In this document: one piece after another, positions 31,260 to 41,490 of the stretch
Numbering within the stretch: position 1 is the stretch's first letter
Layout: each line of letters begins with the position of its first letter
Assembly (NCBI GenBank): GCA_963712745.1
Contig: CAVQJC010000020.1
Location: 512,001-576,000, forward strand
Source: an uncultured Chloroflexia bacterium
GTDB taxonomy: Bacteria > Chloroflexota > Limnocylindria > Limnocylindrales > CSP1-4
DNA length: 64,000 nucleotides
Direction of reading: 5' to 3'
Made by a program: the position numbers and the translations under genes
Notes under the pieces: model-generated
Databases searched by the model: none
The model's input: only the letters and a program-made list of their open reading frames with translations
Told to the model about the DNA's origin: nothing

Positions 31260-32456
31260 GCCAGCAGCACGGGTCGATGACCGGCCGCCAGCGCTTCGAG
31301 GCGGTGTTCCGGGGCGAGCTGCCCGACCGCGTCCCGGTAACGCTCTTCATCCAAGACCAGGGCCACTTCATCAGCCAGCTCCACCCCCATATCGACCCCT
31401 GGGACTCACTGTCGCTTCAGCTCAAGACGGTCGGATTCCAGCGTGAGCTGGGCGCGGACATCATGGCCCGGCTGCTCTTCGGCACACTCGCCGAGTTCCA
31501 GTGGATGCTCCTTGGCGGCCTCGACGTGAGCCGCTCCACCGACGACTGGCAGGTGGAGACGTCGGAGCGGCGAGAGGGGCGGACGACCGTTCGGAGCTCG
31601 GTCATCCATACGCCCGAGGGCGACCTCGAACAGGAGTACTCGATCGACGAGATCCGTCCGGGCACGCTCATGTATGCCTGCACCAAGAAGCCCGTCCACA
31701 GCCGCGAGGACCTCGAGCTGGTCGCCGCCTACGAGCCGGGCATGCGGCCGGACTACCCCGATCGCGTGGCTCGCATGGTCGCCCCCATCCGAGAGGCGGT
31801 CGGTGACGACGGCTGGGTCGGCGTGTGGGCCCCGCACGGCCCCTTCAACATGGCTTCACTGCTGGTCACCGAGGACGTCCTCTACTCGCTCTTCTACGAG
31901 GATCCCGACGTACTACCGACGGCTGATGGAGGTGTCGTTGGCACGAGTGCACGACTACACTCGGGCGCTCGACGCGCCGGGCGTGGACATCCTCTTCGTC
32001 GGCGGCAACGTGCCCGGCGGCTTCATCGGCCGACCCAACTACGAGCAGCACGTGCTCGAGTGGGAAGCGCGCCATGTCGCTTGGGTGCAGGATCGCGGCA
32101 CGCCCGCCTCCTATCACAACTGCGGCCAGATCCAGGTGCTGGTCGAAGCCTACAAGCGTCTCGGCGTGGCGGCCGTGGAGCCATTCTCACCGCCGCCCAA
32201 GCTGGGCGACGCGGACCTTGCAGAAGCCAAGCGAGCGGTCGCTGGCGACTACGTCATCATCGCCGGCATCGACCAGGTGGACGTCATCCAGAAGGGCAAC
32301 GTCGAAGCTGTCCGCCGAGCCACAGCGGAGGCCATGCACATCGGCAAGCCGGGCGGCCGCTTCGTGCTGCAGAACGCCGACTTCCTGGAGTACGGCACGC
32401 CCGTGGCGAACGTGGAGGCCTTCGTCGAGACGGCCATCGAGGGCGCCTGGTACTAG
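31256..32456 (+). pseudogene. UroD/MtaA-family protein #4 with a +1 frameshift near 31910 (probably a sequencing error)
   Basis: Frame A MTGRQRF..PDRVPV..EDPD joins frame B YYRRLME..SYHNCG..GIDQ..GGRFVL if one base is removed. Confidence 0.8.
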
Positions 32457-32490
32457 CGCACCGGCCGGCGCGGCCCTCGTCTGCCGAGCC

Positions 32491-33030
32491 TCAGGGAGCC
32501 GCGCGGTGCTTCGACACGAGGTCGGCCACGATATCGGCCACGCGGGGCAGAGCCGCCTCCACGGCCGGGCTCAGCCCCTCTCCCAGCTCGATGTCGGCGA
32601 TGCCGATGCCGATGGCCACGGCCTCGGGACGGTGGCCCCCCAGCTCGGCCGCCAGCGCCACGAGCTCGCCGGCACCGACGTGATGCGACGAGGCCCCGGG
32701 TTCGGCGCGCGTGTCCGCATCGGAGCGGGGCGCATCCGCCTCGAGATGGTGGATCTCGATGGAGCCAGGCAGTCCGCGCATGTCCGCATCGACGAAGATG
32801 GCCAGCGTGGCCGCCGCGATGTCGAGCGACATCTCCGGCAGCAACTGATGCGCCCCGCGCACCTCCACGTCCTCGCCCGCCAGCCGTGGATCGGATGCCA
32901 GCAGCTCTGCCGCCCGCGCACCCACGCCATCGTCCCGGCGGAGCATGTTGCCGAACCCGATGACGAGCACGTGACGCGAAGGGGCGCCGCTCCCTTCGTT
33001 GGGGGCGACGCCCTGGTCGTTCGGACACAT
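32491..33030 (-). CDS. hoxW: Hydrogenase maturation protease
   Basis: VIGFGNMLRRDDGVG, FVDA, SSHH and GEGLSP motifs; directly after hoxH. Confidence 0.9.
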   Translation of the reverse strand: MCPNDQGVAPNEGSGAPSRHVLVIGFGNMLRRDDGVGARAAELLASDPRLAGEDVEVRGAHQLLPEMSLDIAAATLAIFVDADMRGLPGSIEIHHLEADAPRSDADTRAEPGASSHHVGAGELVALAAELGGHRPEAVAIGIGIADIELGEGLSPAVEAALPRVADIVADLVSKHRAAP

Positions 33031-33046
33031 GTCCAGAGGGGACTCC

Positions 33047-34468
33047 CTAGCGCTTGACGCGGTCGATGATCTCCCCGTCGGGCGAGAGCAACTGGATGTC
33101 CAGCGCCATGTCGCCGAGCGCGTGCGTCGAACAGGACAGGCAGGGGTCGTAGCAGCGGATGACCGCTTCGACCCGGTTGAGCATCGGCTCCTGGATCTTC
33201 TCGCCCTTCACGTGGTGGCGGGCCACCTGCTGCACGGAGCGGTTCATGGCCATGTTGTTGTGGCCGGTGGCGATGACCAGGTTGGCCCACTCCACGAGGC
33301 CGTCGTCGTCGACCCGGTAGTGGTGCATCAGCGTGCCGCGGGGAGCTTCGGAGACGCCGATGCCCTCGTTGCGGTTGATGCCGGCCGTGGCGAGCACGTG
33401 CCTGGACAGGATGTCCGGGCTGCGCAGGATCTGCTCGATCTTCTCGATCGCGTGCAGCGTGTCGATGAGCCGGGCGTAGTGGTAGTGGAAGGACGAGCCG
33501 GCCACACGACCGACTCGCCAGCGGAACTTCTGCAGCTCCTCGTCGGCACGCGGGGTGCCGGTCGCCTCGGCCACGTTGAGGCGCGCCAGCGGACCTACGC
33601 GATAGATGCCGTCGGGATAGCCCATCGGCTTGTAGTAGGTGGACTTGAGGTAGGACCACGGCTCCACGGCCTCGCCGATGTAGTCGTTGAAGTCCTTGGG
33701 ATTACCGCGGTCGACCAGCGGACTGCCGTCGGCATCGATGATGCGCAGGTCGCCGCCGTAGTGGTCGACATTGCCCTTCTCGTCGACAAGGCCCATGAAG
33801 GCGGAGCGGAAATTGCCGAAGGTCGACGCCTCCTCCTCCCACTTCATCATGTCGGTCTTGTACCAGGCGATGGCCCGCTGGAGCTGGGCGATGGCCTCGG
33901 GCACACCGGCCAGGATCTGGTCGCGGACCTCCTCGCTCAGCGGGTCGGCCACGCCTCCGGGCACGATGCCCCCCGGATGGATGCGCTTGCCGCCGAGCAG
34001 CGCGATGATCTCCTGGCCCCACTTGCGCAGGCCGATACCGTCCTTGGCCAGCTGCGGGTTCTCCTGGGCCACCGCGATGATGTGGCGCTTGGAGGAATCG
34101 GCGTCGAAGCCGAAGAGCAGGTCCGGCGAGGAGAGGTGGAAGAACGAGAGTGCGTTCGACTGGACGATCTGGCCGAGGTTGATGAGACGGCGCAGGTCCG
34201 CGCCTGTGGGCGGGGGGTCGACGGCCAGGATGTCGTCGACGGCCTTGGCCGAGGCGACCAGGTGGCTGACAGGGCAGATGCCGCAGATGCGCGCCATGAT
34301 GGCCGGCATCTCGTGGACCGGGCGGCCCTGGACGATGCGCTCGAACCCGCGGAACTGGGTCACGTGGAAGCGGGCGTCCGTGACCTCACCCTGCTCGTCG
34401 AGCTGGATAGTGATCTTGGAGTGGCCCTCGATCCGCGTGACCGGATCGATGGTGATCGTTCGACTCAT
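33047..34468 (-). CDS. hoxH: Group 3d NiFe hydrogenase large subunit
   Basis: TRIEGH, L1 ARICGICPVSH, APRG, L2 RCYDPCLSCSTH plus a cleavable C-terminal tail. Confidence 0.96.
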   Translation of the reverse strand: MSRTITIDPVTRIEGHSKITIQLDEQGEVTDARFHVTQFRGFERIVQGRPVHEMPAIMARICGICPVSHLVASAKAVDDILAVDPPPTGADLRRLINLGQIVQSNALSFFHLSSPDLLFGFDADSSKRHIIAVAQENPQLAKDGIGLRKWGQEIIALLGGKRIHPGGIVPGGVADPLSEEVRDQILAGVPEAIAQLQRAIAWYKTDMMKWEEEASTFGNFRSAFMGLVDEKGNVDHYGGDLRIIDADGSPLVDRGNPKDFNDYIGEAVEPWSYLKSTYYKPMGYPDGIYRVGPLARLNVAEATGTPRADEELQKFRWRVGRVAGSSFHYHYARLIDTLHAIEKIEQILRSPDILSRHVLATAGINRNEGIGVSEAPRGTLMHHYRVDDDGLVEWANLVIATGHNNMAMNRSVQQVARHHVKGEKIQEPMLNRVEAVIRCYDPCLSCSTHALGDMALDIQLLSPDGEIIDRVKR

Positions 34469-34480
34469 GCTGGGGGGCTC

Positions 34481-35020
34481 CTATCGACCGAACCGTGAAC
34501 CGGCCGCCTCGGGGACGCGGCCGGAGAGCAGGTCATCGAGCAGGGTGTAGATGAGGTCCGCTGAGGGCGGGCAGCCCGGCAGGAAGACGTCGACGTCGAC
34601 GATCTTGTGGACCGGCGTCGACATGGGCAGCAAGGCCGGCACCACCTGGGTCGGCATCTGCGCGTTGATGGTCACGTTCTCGCGGTACGAACGATCCATC
34701 AGCGGCTCGACGCCGATGGGGTTGCGCATACCGGGCACGTTCGAGGTCACGGCGCAGTCGCCGAAGGCGATGATGGTAGTGGTGTGCTCGCGGACCAGTT
34801 TGACCTTGTGCAGGTCGTCCTCGCTGGACACCGCGCCCTCGACCAGGCAGACATCCACGTGCTCGGGGTAGTCCTTCCAGTCGACCAGCGGGCTGTAGAC
34901 GAGATCGGCCCGGCTGAAGATGTCGAGGATGCGCTCGTCCATGTCGATGAGCGACATGTGGCAACCCGAGCAGCCGTCCAGCCAGACGGTCGCGACTGAT
35001 GGCTTCCTTGACTCACTCAT
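34481..35020 (-). CDS. hoxY: Hydrogenase small subunit
   Basis: WLDGCSGCHMS, FGDCA and LPGCPP motifs. Confidence 0.95.
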   Translation of the reverse strand: MSESRKPSVATVWLDGCSGCHMSLIDMDERILDIFSRADLVYSPLVDWKDYPEHVDVCLVEGAVSSEDDLHKVKLVREHTTTIIAFGDCAVTSNVPGMRNPIGVEPLMDRSYRENVTINAQMPTQVVPALLPMSTPVHKIVDVDVFLPGCPPSADLIYTLLDDLLSGRVPEAAGSRFGR

Positions 35021-35733
35021 AGACCGCGCTCCTCTCGGACCACCTTGAGCCACGGCAGGAACGGGCGGCGGTCCTTGCTACCGGCTGCGACCGGTCGGCC
35101 CTTCTCGAAGAGCGCCCCGGTGGGACAGACCTGGACGCACTTGCCACAACTGGTGCATGTCGTGGACTCGCCCCAAGGGGCGCCCATGTCCGTCTGGACA
35201 CGGGTCTCGAGGCCACGATGCATGACGTCCCAGGTGTGTGCGCCCTCGATCTCGTCGCAGACCCGCACACAGCGGAGGCACAGGATGCAGCGGTTGTGAT
35301 CGATGGCGAAGAACTTGTGACTGGCGTCGATATCGACGGCAGGGTTGATGCGGGGCAGGTCGAAGTGCTTGATGCCAAGCTCGTCGGCCATGTCCTGGAG
35401 TTCGCAGTGGTTGTTGGCGACGCACACGGCGCACACGTGATTGCGCTCCATGAACATCATCTCGGTGATCGCCTGGCGGTACTCCAGCAGCTTCTCCGAG
35501 TGCGCGGTGATGTCCATGCCCTCGGCGATCTTGGTCATGCAGGCAGCCGCGAGCTTGGGTGAGCCCGCGATCTCGACCATGCACAGACGGCAGGCACCAC
35601 GGTCGGTGATGCCCTCGAGGTGACACAGGCCCGGGATGTCGATGCCGTTCTCTTCGGCCACTTCCATCACGGTCTGGCCTTCGTTGCCGGCGACGTCCTT
35701 GCCGTCGATGGTCAGCGTGAAGACATCGCTCAT
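35017..35733 (-). CDS. hoxU: Diaphorase Fe-S subunit
   Basis: CH..GACRLC, HVCAVC..C, CILCLRC and [12 protein letters not shown] motifs. Confidence 0.95.
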   Translation of the reverse strand: MSDVFTLTIDGKDVAGNEGQTVMEVAEENGIDIPGLCHLEGITDRGACRLCMVEIAGSPKLAAACMTKIAEGMDITAHSEKLLEYRQAITEMMFMERNHVCAVCVANNHCELQDMADELGIKHFDLPRINPAVDIDASHKFFAIDHNRCILCLRCVRVCDEIEGAHTWDVMHRGLETRVQTDMGAPWGESTTCTSCGKCVQVCPTGALFEKGRPVAAGSKDRRPFLPWLKVVREERGL

Positions 35734-37382
35734 GCCACTACCTCAGCTGGCTTCGAGATGGGACAGACGCCGGCGGGACAGGTCTTGTCCACGATATGAG
35801 CCATGTACTCATCCCTGAAGTAGCGCAGCGTGCTGAAGATGGGGTTGGGTGCGCCCTGGCCCAGGCCGCAGAGAGACATCTTCGCGACGATGCCGGCCAG
35901 CCGCTCGAGCTGGGCCAGGTCGTCCTCGGTCGCCTCACCTTTGGTGATCTGGTCGAGGAGCATGTACATCTGCGTGGTGCCCACGCGGCAGGGAGTGCAC
36001 TTGCCGCACGACTCGTCACGACAGAAGTCCTGGAAGTACTTGGCCACATCGACCATGCAGGACGTGTCGTCCATGACGATCATGCCGCCCGAGCCCATGA
36101 ACGAGCCGAGCTCGATGAGGGTCTCGTAGCTGACCGGCGTGTCGAGGTGTTCGGCCGGGATGCAGCCACCCGACGGGCCTCCAGTCTGGACCGCCTTGAA
36201 GGGTCGGTCGTCGATGATGCCGCCGCCGATGTCGAAGATGATCTCCCGCAGGGTCATGCCCATGGGCACCTCGACCATGCCGGTGTTGACGACGCGGCCG
36301 GCCAGCGCGAAGACCTTGGTGCCCTTCGACTTGCCCACGCCGATGGCCGCGTACTTGTCGGGGCCATCACGGATGATGGTGGGGATGCTGGCCAGCGACT
36401 CGACGTTGTTGATGAGCGTGGGGCTGCCCCATAGGCCTGACACAGCCGGGTACGGGGGACGTGGCCGGGGCGTCCCGCGACGGCCCTCGACCGAGGCGAT
36501 GAGCGCCGTCTCCTCGCCGCAGACGAAGGCGCCCGCACCGAGGCGGACCTGCAGGTTGAAGGCGAACGAGGTGTCCATGATGTTGTCGCCCAGGTAGCCG
36601 GCTCGCTGCGCCAGCCGGATGGCCGTCTGCAGGCGCTTGACCGCGAGCGGGTACTCCGCACGGCAGTAGACATAGCCCTCGCTGGCATGCACGGCGAAAG
36701 CCGCGATGGCCATGCCTTCGAGCACGCGGAAGGGGTCGCTCTCGAGGACGCTGCGGTCCATGAAGGCGCCGGGGTCGCCCTCGTCGGCATTGCAGATGAC
36801 GTACTTCTTGTCGCCGGTGGCCTTGGCCACTGTGGTCCACTTGAGGCCGGTCGGGTAGCCGGCGCCACCGCGACCGCGGAGCCCCGATTCCATGACCTCG
36901 TCACGCACCTCGCCCGAAGTCATCTCGCTGAGGACCCGGCGCAGTGCCTGGTAGCCACCCACGGCGATGTAGTCGTCGAGGCTCTCGGGGTCGACCAGCC
37001 CGAAGTTCTCGGTGGCCACCCGCACCTGCTTCTCGAAGAAGGGGCCCTGGGGCTGTCGCTGCGCGTCGGGCGCGACCGCGTCGAGGGCTGCGGCGATGGA
37101 CTCGGCCTGGTCGGGGCGGATGTGCTCGAACAGCTCGCCTGTCTCGCCGATCTCGACCAGCGGGCCGGCGGCGCAGAGGCCGAGACAGCCGACACGCTTG
37201 ACGACCACGTCGGACTTGCCTTCGGTCAGCTCGCGCAGGCGGGCAGTGATCTCGTTGGCGTTGCCGGACATGCAGCTTGCGGCCTCGCACACGCGAGCGG
37301 TCGCGCGCGGCGGGCCGGCGTTCTCGTCGATGGTGATGGTGCGGTGACGCTTGGGGCGCGCCGCAGCTGCGTTGTCGCTCAC
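35730..37382 (-). CDS. hoxF: Diaphorase FMN/NAD subunit
   Basis: N-terminal thioredoxin-like 2Fe-2S domain; [27 protein letters not shown] and [10 protein letters not shown] motifs. Confidence 0.95.
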   Translation of the reverse strand: MSDNAAAARPKRHRTITIDENAGPPRATARVCEAASCMSGNANEITARLRELTEGKSDVVVKRVGCLGLCAAGPLVEIGETGELFEHIRPDQAESIAAALDAVAPDAQRQPQGPFFEKQVRVATENFGLVDPESLDDYIAVGGYQALRRVLSEMTSGEVRDEVMESGLRGRGGAGYPTGLKWTTVAKATGDKKYVICNADEGDPGAFMDRSVLESDPFRVLEGMAIAAFAVHASEGYVYCRAEYPLAVKRLQTAIRLAQRAGYLGDNIMDTSFAFNLQVRLGAGAFVCGEETALIASVEGRRGTPRPRPPYPAVSGLWGSPTLINNVESLASIPTIIRDGPDKYAAIGVGKSKGTKVFALAGRVVNTGMVEVPMGMTLREIIFDIGGGIIDDRPFKAVQTGGPSGGCIPAEHLDTPVSYETLIELGSFMGSGGMIVMDDTSCMVDVAKYFQDFCRDESCGKCTPCRVGTTQMYMLLDQITKGEATEDDLAQLERLAGIVAKMSLCGLGQGAPNPIFSTLRYFRDEYMAHIVDKTCPAGVCPISKPAEVVA

Positions 37383-37870
37383 ATCGCCTCCAGTTCAGCC
37401 ATGAGCAGATCGGTCACGGCCTTGCCCTTCATCTCGCCATCGACGATGACGGCCGGGGCCAGGCTGCAGGCACCGATGCAACGGGCAGTCAGCAGGGAGA
37501 GCCTGCCGTCCTCCGTGGTGCCCTTGGGCTTCACGCCAAGTCTCGCATCGAAGGCCTCGATGATGTCGCGGGCGCCGTTGATGTAGCAGGCGGTGCCGGT
37601 GCACACCACGCAGGTGTGGTCGCCTTGCGGCTTGAGCGAGAAGAACGAGTAGAAGGTGGCGACGCCGAAGACGCGGGAGTGTGGGACACCGAGCGTGTCG
37701 CCGATGAAGTGCAGCGCGTCGTCGTCGAGGAAACCGAAGGCCTCCTGCGCGGCGTGGAGGGCCTCGATGAGCGCCTCCGGACGATCGCCGTGGCGGCGCA
37801 TGCGCGTCGCGACGATCTTCCAGCGCTTGTCATCATTGGGTGGTGCGGGTTTGCGGTACGGGATAGGCAT
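37379..37870 (-). CDS. hoxE: NuoE-like 2Fe-2S subunit
   Basis: [15 protein letters not shown] and CIGAC motifs; start placed at ATG 37870. Confidence 0.93.
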   Translation of the reverse strand: MPIPYRKPAPPNDDKRWKIVATRMRRHGDRPEALIEALHAAQEAFGFLDDDALHFIGDTLGVPHSRVFGVATFYSFFSLKPQGDHTCVVCTGTACYINGARDIIEAFDARLGVKPKGTTEDGRLSLLTARCIGACSLAPAVIVDGEMKGKAVTDLLMAELEAM

Positions 37871-38066
37871 GCGCGCCTTTCGAGGTCGTTGGTCAGACTG
37901 GCTGTGCCTGGCCCCCGCCCACATCCCAATAGGACCTGCCGGGGGCCACAGGCCGTGCTCTCCAAGCATAGGCACCGAACATCAGGGATTCGGGGTCCGA
38001 GCGGCCCCTTTCAGAGGGGCCGCGTGTACACGACGGCGTGCTCGACGGGTGCGCCACGGTTCCCAG

Positions 38067-38284
38067 CGGCCACCTCCCACCGGCCGGAGCGTGCACCTCA
38101 TGCACCAGTTCGACCACCGGCCACCGGCCACCGGCCGGAGCGTGCACCTCATGCACCAGTTCGACCAGCCGGCCACCTCCCACCGGCCGGAGCGTGCACC
38201 TCATGCACCAGTTCGACCAGCCGGCCACCTCCCACCGGCCGGAGCGTGCACCTCATGCACCAGTTCGACCAGCCGGCCACCTCC
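38067..38284. repeat. Tandem repeat, four copies of a 51-52 bp unit
   Basis: Identical core GGAGCGTGCACCTCATGCACCAGTTCGACCA at 38086, 38137, 38189 and 38241; linkers nearly identical. Confidence 0.95.
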
Positions 38285-38530
38285 AGGCGTCGGGCCCTGT
38301 CATGCGGTGGCTTGCGTTGACGTTCTCGGTCGTCTGGTGCAAGGGACAGGCGGCATCCACGACCACGACCCCTCAGGACGGCCAGCATCGTCGAACTCGT
38401 GCGTGGGGCGCAGGGCGTTCACGACGAGTCGGCCGGGCGGAGACCGAGTAGACCGCGCTGCTCGTCGGGCCCATTGGCGCCACGAGCCTGTTCGTCGGCT
38501 GGCACATCCCAGCGGCGGCGCCGGTACGCC

Positions 38531-39649
38531 CTAGTAGTGCGTGTCGCGGATGGTCTCGATCATGGCCCAGAAGTTCTCCAGCGGCGTATCGAGCTGGACG
38601 TGGTGGGTGGGCCCCAGGATGAGTCCCCCACCGGCGCCGATGGTGGCCACCCGCGTGCGAATCTCCGAGCGTACGTCGTGGGGCGTCCCGAAGGGCAGCG
38701 TCTTCTGCTCATCGATCGAGCCCCAGAAGAGGAGCCTGTCGCCGTAGTCGCGCTTGAGCTCGGCCGGGTCCATGCAGGCCGGCTGGACCGGGTTGAGCAC
38801 GTCGATGCCGATCTCGATGAGCTCGTCGATGACCTCGCGCACGTCGCCGTCGGTGTGATATGCCACCTTGAGCTCGGGGTTGATGGCCTTGACGCGGCTG
38901 ACGAGCTCGGCCATGCGCGGCTTGAAGAACCGCCGCCAGGTGTCGGGGTGGAAGAGCATGCCCTTCTGCGAGCCGATGTCATCGCCGGTCCAGATCATGT
39001 CCACGCCCATCGCGGCCAGCTTCTCGGCAGCGGCCAGGTGATAGCGGAAGGGGATCTCGAGGATCCGGTCGGCCAGCTCCGGGTTCATGACCAGGTCCAT
39101 CAGCAGCCGCTCGTAGCCACGCAACGCCCAGGCCGTCTCGAAGATGGTGGTAACGGTGACACCCACGATCCAGTACTCGTCGCCGTACTCGCGGATGACC
39201 CGCTCGGAGTCGGTGTACAGCTCCGGGCGGTGCGGGTCCGGCGGCTGGTACGCATCGATGGCGTCGTCCTCGGCCAGCGGGAAGCCGACCATCTCGGTGT
39301 AGTGCCCGGTACCGAACGGTGTCTGGTAGGGGTGCTCCCGCCAGGTCACGCCCCACTCGTCGGTGTAGGTGTCGTGGCCGGCGTAGTAGTTGTTGGCCCA
39401 GCCCACTGAGGTCAGGATGAGATCGGAATCGATGGCGCGCTCAAGCTCGTAGGTGTTGCCGCCGCCGTGGGGATTGTGTTCACCCCCGCGGGCTACGTTC
39501 AGCCTGCCCTCGACCGTCCCGAGCTCCCCCCGGGCGACCATATCGGCACGCAGCCGTTCGGCGAACTCGGGCGTGAAGCTGATCTGCATCGGGCAGCGAT
39601 CGGGCACCTCGCGGGCGAGGGCCGTCGCCACCCGGTCGCGATGCCGCAT
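38531..39649 (-). CDS. UroD/MtaA-family protein #5
   Basis: PDRCP, DEWG, IFETAWALRG, GDD, AYHTDG, NPVQ and FWGSIDEQ motifs; immediately downstream of the corrinoid protein. Confidence 0.88.
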   Translation of the reverse strand: MRHRDRVATALAREVPDRCPMQISFTPEFAERLRADMVARGELGTVEGRLNVARGGEHNPHGGGNTYELERAIDSDLILTSVGWANNYYAGHDTYTDEWGVTWREHPYQTPFGTGHYTEMVGFPLAEDDAIDAYQPPDPHRPELYTDSERVIREYGDEYWIVGVTVTTIFETAWALRGYERLLMDLVMNPELADRILEIPFRYHLAAAEKLAAMGVDMIWTGDDIGSQKGMLFHPDTWRRFFKPRMAELVSRVKAINPELKVAYHTDGDVREVIDELIEIGIDVLNPVQPACMDPAELKRDYGDRLLFWGSIDEQKTLPFGTPHDVRSEIRTRVATIGAGGGLILGPTHHVQLDTPLENFWAMIETIRDTHY

Positions 39650-39677
39650 GGCTGCTGGGCAGGGCCGGGCGGGATCG

Positions 39678-40306
39678 CTAGGCCAGCAGTTCCTGGGCCA
39701 CGTTGGCCGCGGTGGCGGCGTCCTTGGCGAAGCCGTCAGCGCCGATCTCGGCAGCGAACTCGTCGGTCACCGGCGCCCCGCCGACCATGATCTTGGCGTT
39801 GGGGTCGGCCGCACGGATGGCATCGATGGCGGCCTTCATGCCCACCATGGTCGTGGTCAGCAGCGCGCTGATGCCGACGATACTGGCGCCGTGCTCGACC
39901 GTGGCCTCGGCGAAGGCCTCGGGGCTGACACGTTGGTGCCCAGGTCGACGATCTCGAAGTTGGAGCCCTTGAGCATCATGCCCACGAGGTTCTTGCCGAT
40001 GTCGTGGAGATCACCCTGCACCGTGCCGATGACGGCGGTGTGCTCGGGCTTGATACCCGAGGCGGCCAGCAGCGGCTCGAGCAGCGCACTGGCTTCCTTC
40101 ATGGCGTGGGCGCTGATGAGCATCTCGGGCACGTACACGCCCTCGTTGCAGGCGAACTTGCGGCCGACCTCGGTCATGGCCTCGGTCATGGCGTCGAGGA
40201 TGACGTTGGGGTCGACGCCCTCGTCGATGGCAGCCTGGGTCAGGCTCACCGCGTCGGCGCGGTTGCCGGCCTCGACGGCGGCGGTCAGGGCGGCTAGGTC
40301 AGCCAT
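39678..40306 (-). pseudogene. Methyltransferase cognate corrinoid protein, frameshifted by a GT duplication near 39930 (probably a sequencing error)
   Basis: VPEML..A.AM and GTVQGDLHDIGKNLV (DxHxxG). Removing 2 nt restores GTNVSPEAF..SALLTTTM..VGGAPVT..GADGFA. Confidence 0.85.
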
Positions 40307-40477
40307 GGTTCGTGTCCCTCCAAGGTGAGATGCTCGCGGCCTCAGGGTCGGATGCTCGCACAACGGGCACAGCATCGTGCCGTTTCCCTGCGTCGTGACG
40401 GGCCGGATGGCCCGATGAGATGGTCGGTCCGGACGGCAGCACGCCTCGCGCTTGCTCGGACCGTTGGCGGTCTGCAC

Positions 40478-41425
40478 TCATGACGATCGCATCCGCACCC
40501 ACCATGAGAACCTGCCGCCGGGCTCCAGGACACGCTCGCGGCCAGCAGCCATGGCGCCCGCGAGGTGGTCGTCGGTCGAGGTGGTCGGCTCGAGGGCTAC
40601 CTGCTCGTACGGCTGGCCCTCCGGCGGCCAGCCGCCATAGGCCAGCCAGATGCCGAGCACCGGCGCGAACTCACGGTCCCAGTCGAAGTCGAGCCGGGCC
40701 CCGTCTCGCGCCACCGCGCGGATCTCCTCCGGAGCGTAGGCATAGAGCTTCACGGCCCAGCCCGCGTCGGTGCGCACGCAGGCGAGGTCGATCTCCTCCC
40801 CCTCCGCGTCGACGGTCTTGGGCCAGTCGATGGTGTCAGGCAGGTCGATACCCATCTGCGCGGTGCGCACGGCCTGGTGGACCTCCGGCAAGTCGATGTA
40901 CGAACCCGGTTCGAGCTTGAGCACGGCATGCTGGGAGTAGAGCATGGGCAGCGGCTCGTCGGCCAGGCTCACGACCTCGTACTCGGCGAGCACGGTCTGT
41001 TCGTCGCTGAAGGAGAGCCGTCGCGACATGCGATAGCCCCAGCGAGGCACGCTCCAGGTATGCACGACCGCGCCGGCCGCCTCATCGATCGAAAGGTAGG
41101 CGCCGCGGCCCCACTGGTCACCGTGGTCACGTAGCGCCGGACCATCGGGCCGGAGCGGATCCGGGCATACCGAGACCGTGGGTAGGCACTCGTCCCAGCC
41201 GAACGACTCGCGTCCCCAGAATCCGACACCTTCTGCCGCCCAGGCCATCTGTTCCAGCTCCGCGGGCGGCTCGCCCTGCAACAGCCACTCGCGGTCGCGG
41301 CGCTTGTCGCGCAGCGAGACGACGCGTGCACCGACCTCACCCACGACCTCCAGCTCGACCGCGTCGGTGCTGAGCCTGAGCGAGGGCCACTCGCCCCAGG
41401 TCGCGTGGCTGATCCGCGTGCTCAC
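40478..41425 (-). CDS. Galactose mutarotase-like (aldose epimerase superfamily) protein
   Basis: GARVVSL..REWL, GWDECLPT, DHG, QH and VALEP motifs; GTG 41425 after GGAGG. Confidence 0.75.
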   Translation of the reverse strand: MSTRISHATWGEWPSLRLSTDAVELEVVGEVGARVVSLRDKRRDREWLLQGEPPAELEQMAWAAEGVGFWGRESFGWDECLPTVSVCPDPLRPDGPALRDHGDQWGRGAYLSIDEAAGAVVHTWSVPRWGYRMSRRLSFSDEQTVLAEYEVVSLADEPLPMLYSQHAVLKLEPGSYIDLPEVHQAVRTAQMGIDLPDTIDWPKTVDAEGEEIDLACVRTDAGWAVKLYAYAPEEIRAVARDGARLDFDWDREFAPVLGIWLAYGGWPPEGQPYEQVALEPTTSTDDHLAGAMAAGRERVLEPGGRFSWWVRMRSS

Positions 41426-41490
41426 CCTGCCCTCCGGTCTCGTTGTGGCATCGGGTCCTCGGCTCGGTGGTCTCGTCGAAGTGCCGGCGG

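Noticed and set aside
35017-37870. Respiratory complex I nuoEFG
   Set aside because: The short HoxU and adjacent hoxY/hoxH/hoxW identify a bidirectional hydrogenase; no membrane nuo genes are present.
38067-38284. CRISPR array
   Set aside because: The sequences between the repeats are near-identical (about 20 nt) rather than unique spacers, and no cas genes are present.
25455-39649. Heme biosynthesis (hemE) cluster
   Set aside because: The proteins lack the HemE W.MRQAGR motif, and no other hem genes are present.
40307-40477. Cobalamin riboswitch before the corrinoid gene
   Set aside because: AGGGAA is present, but the GGTG..AATCC, GCCACTG and B12-box elements are not.
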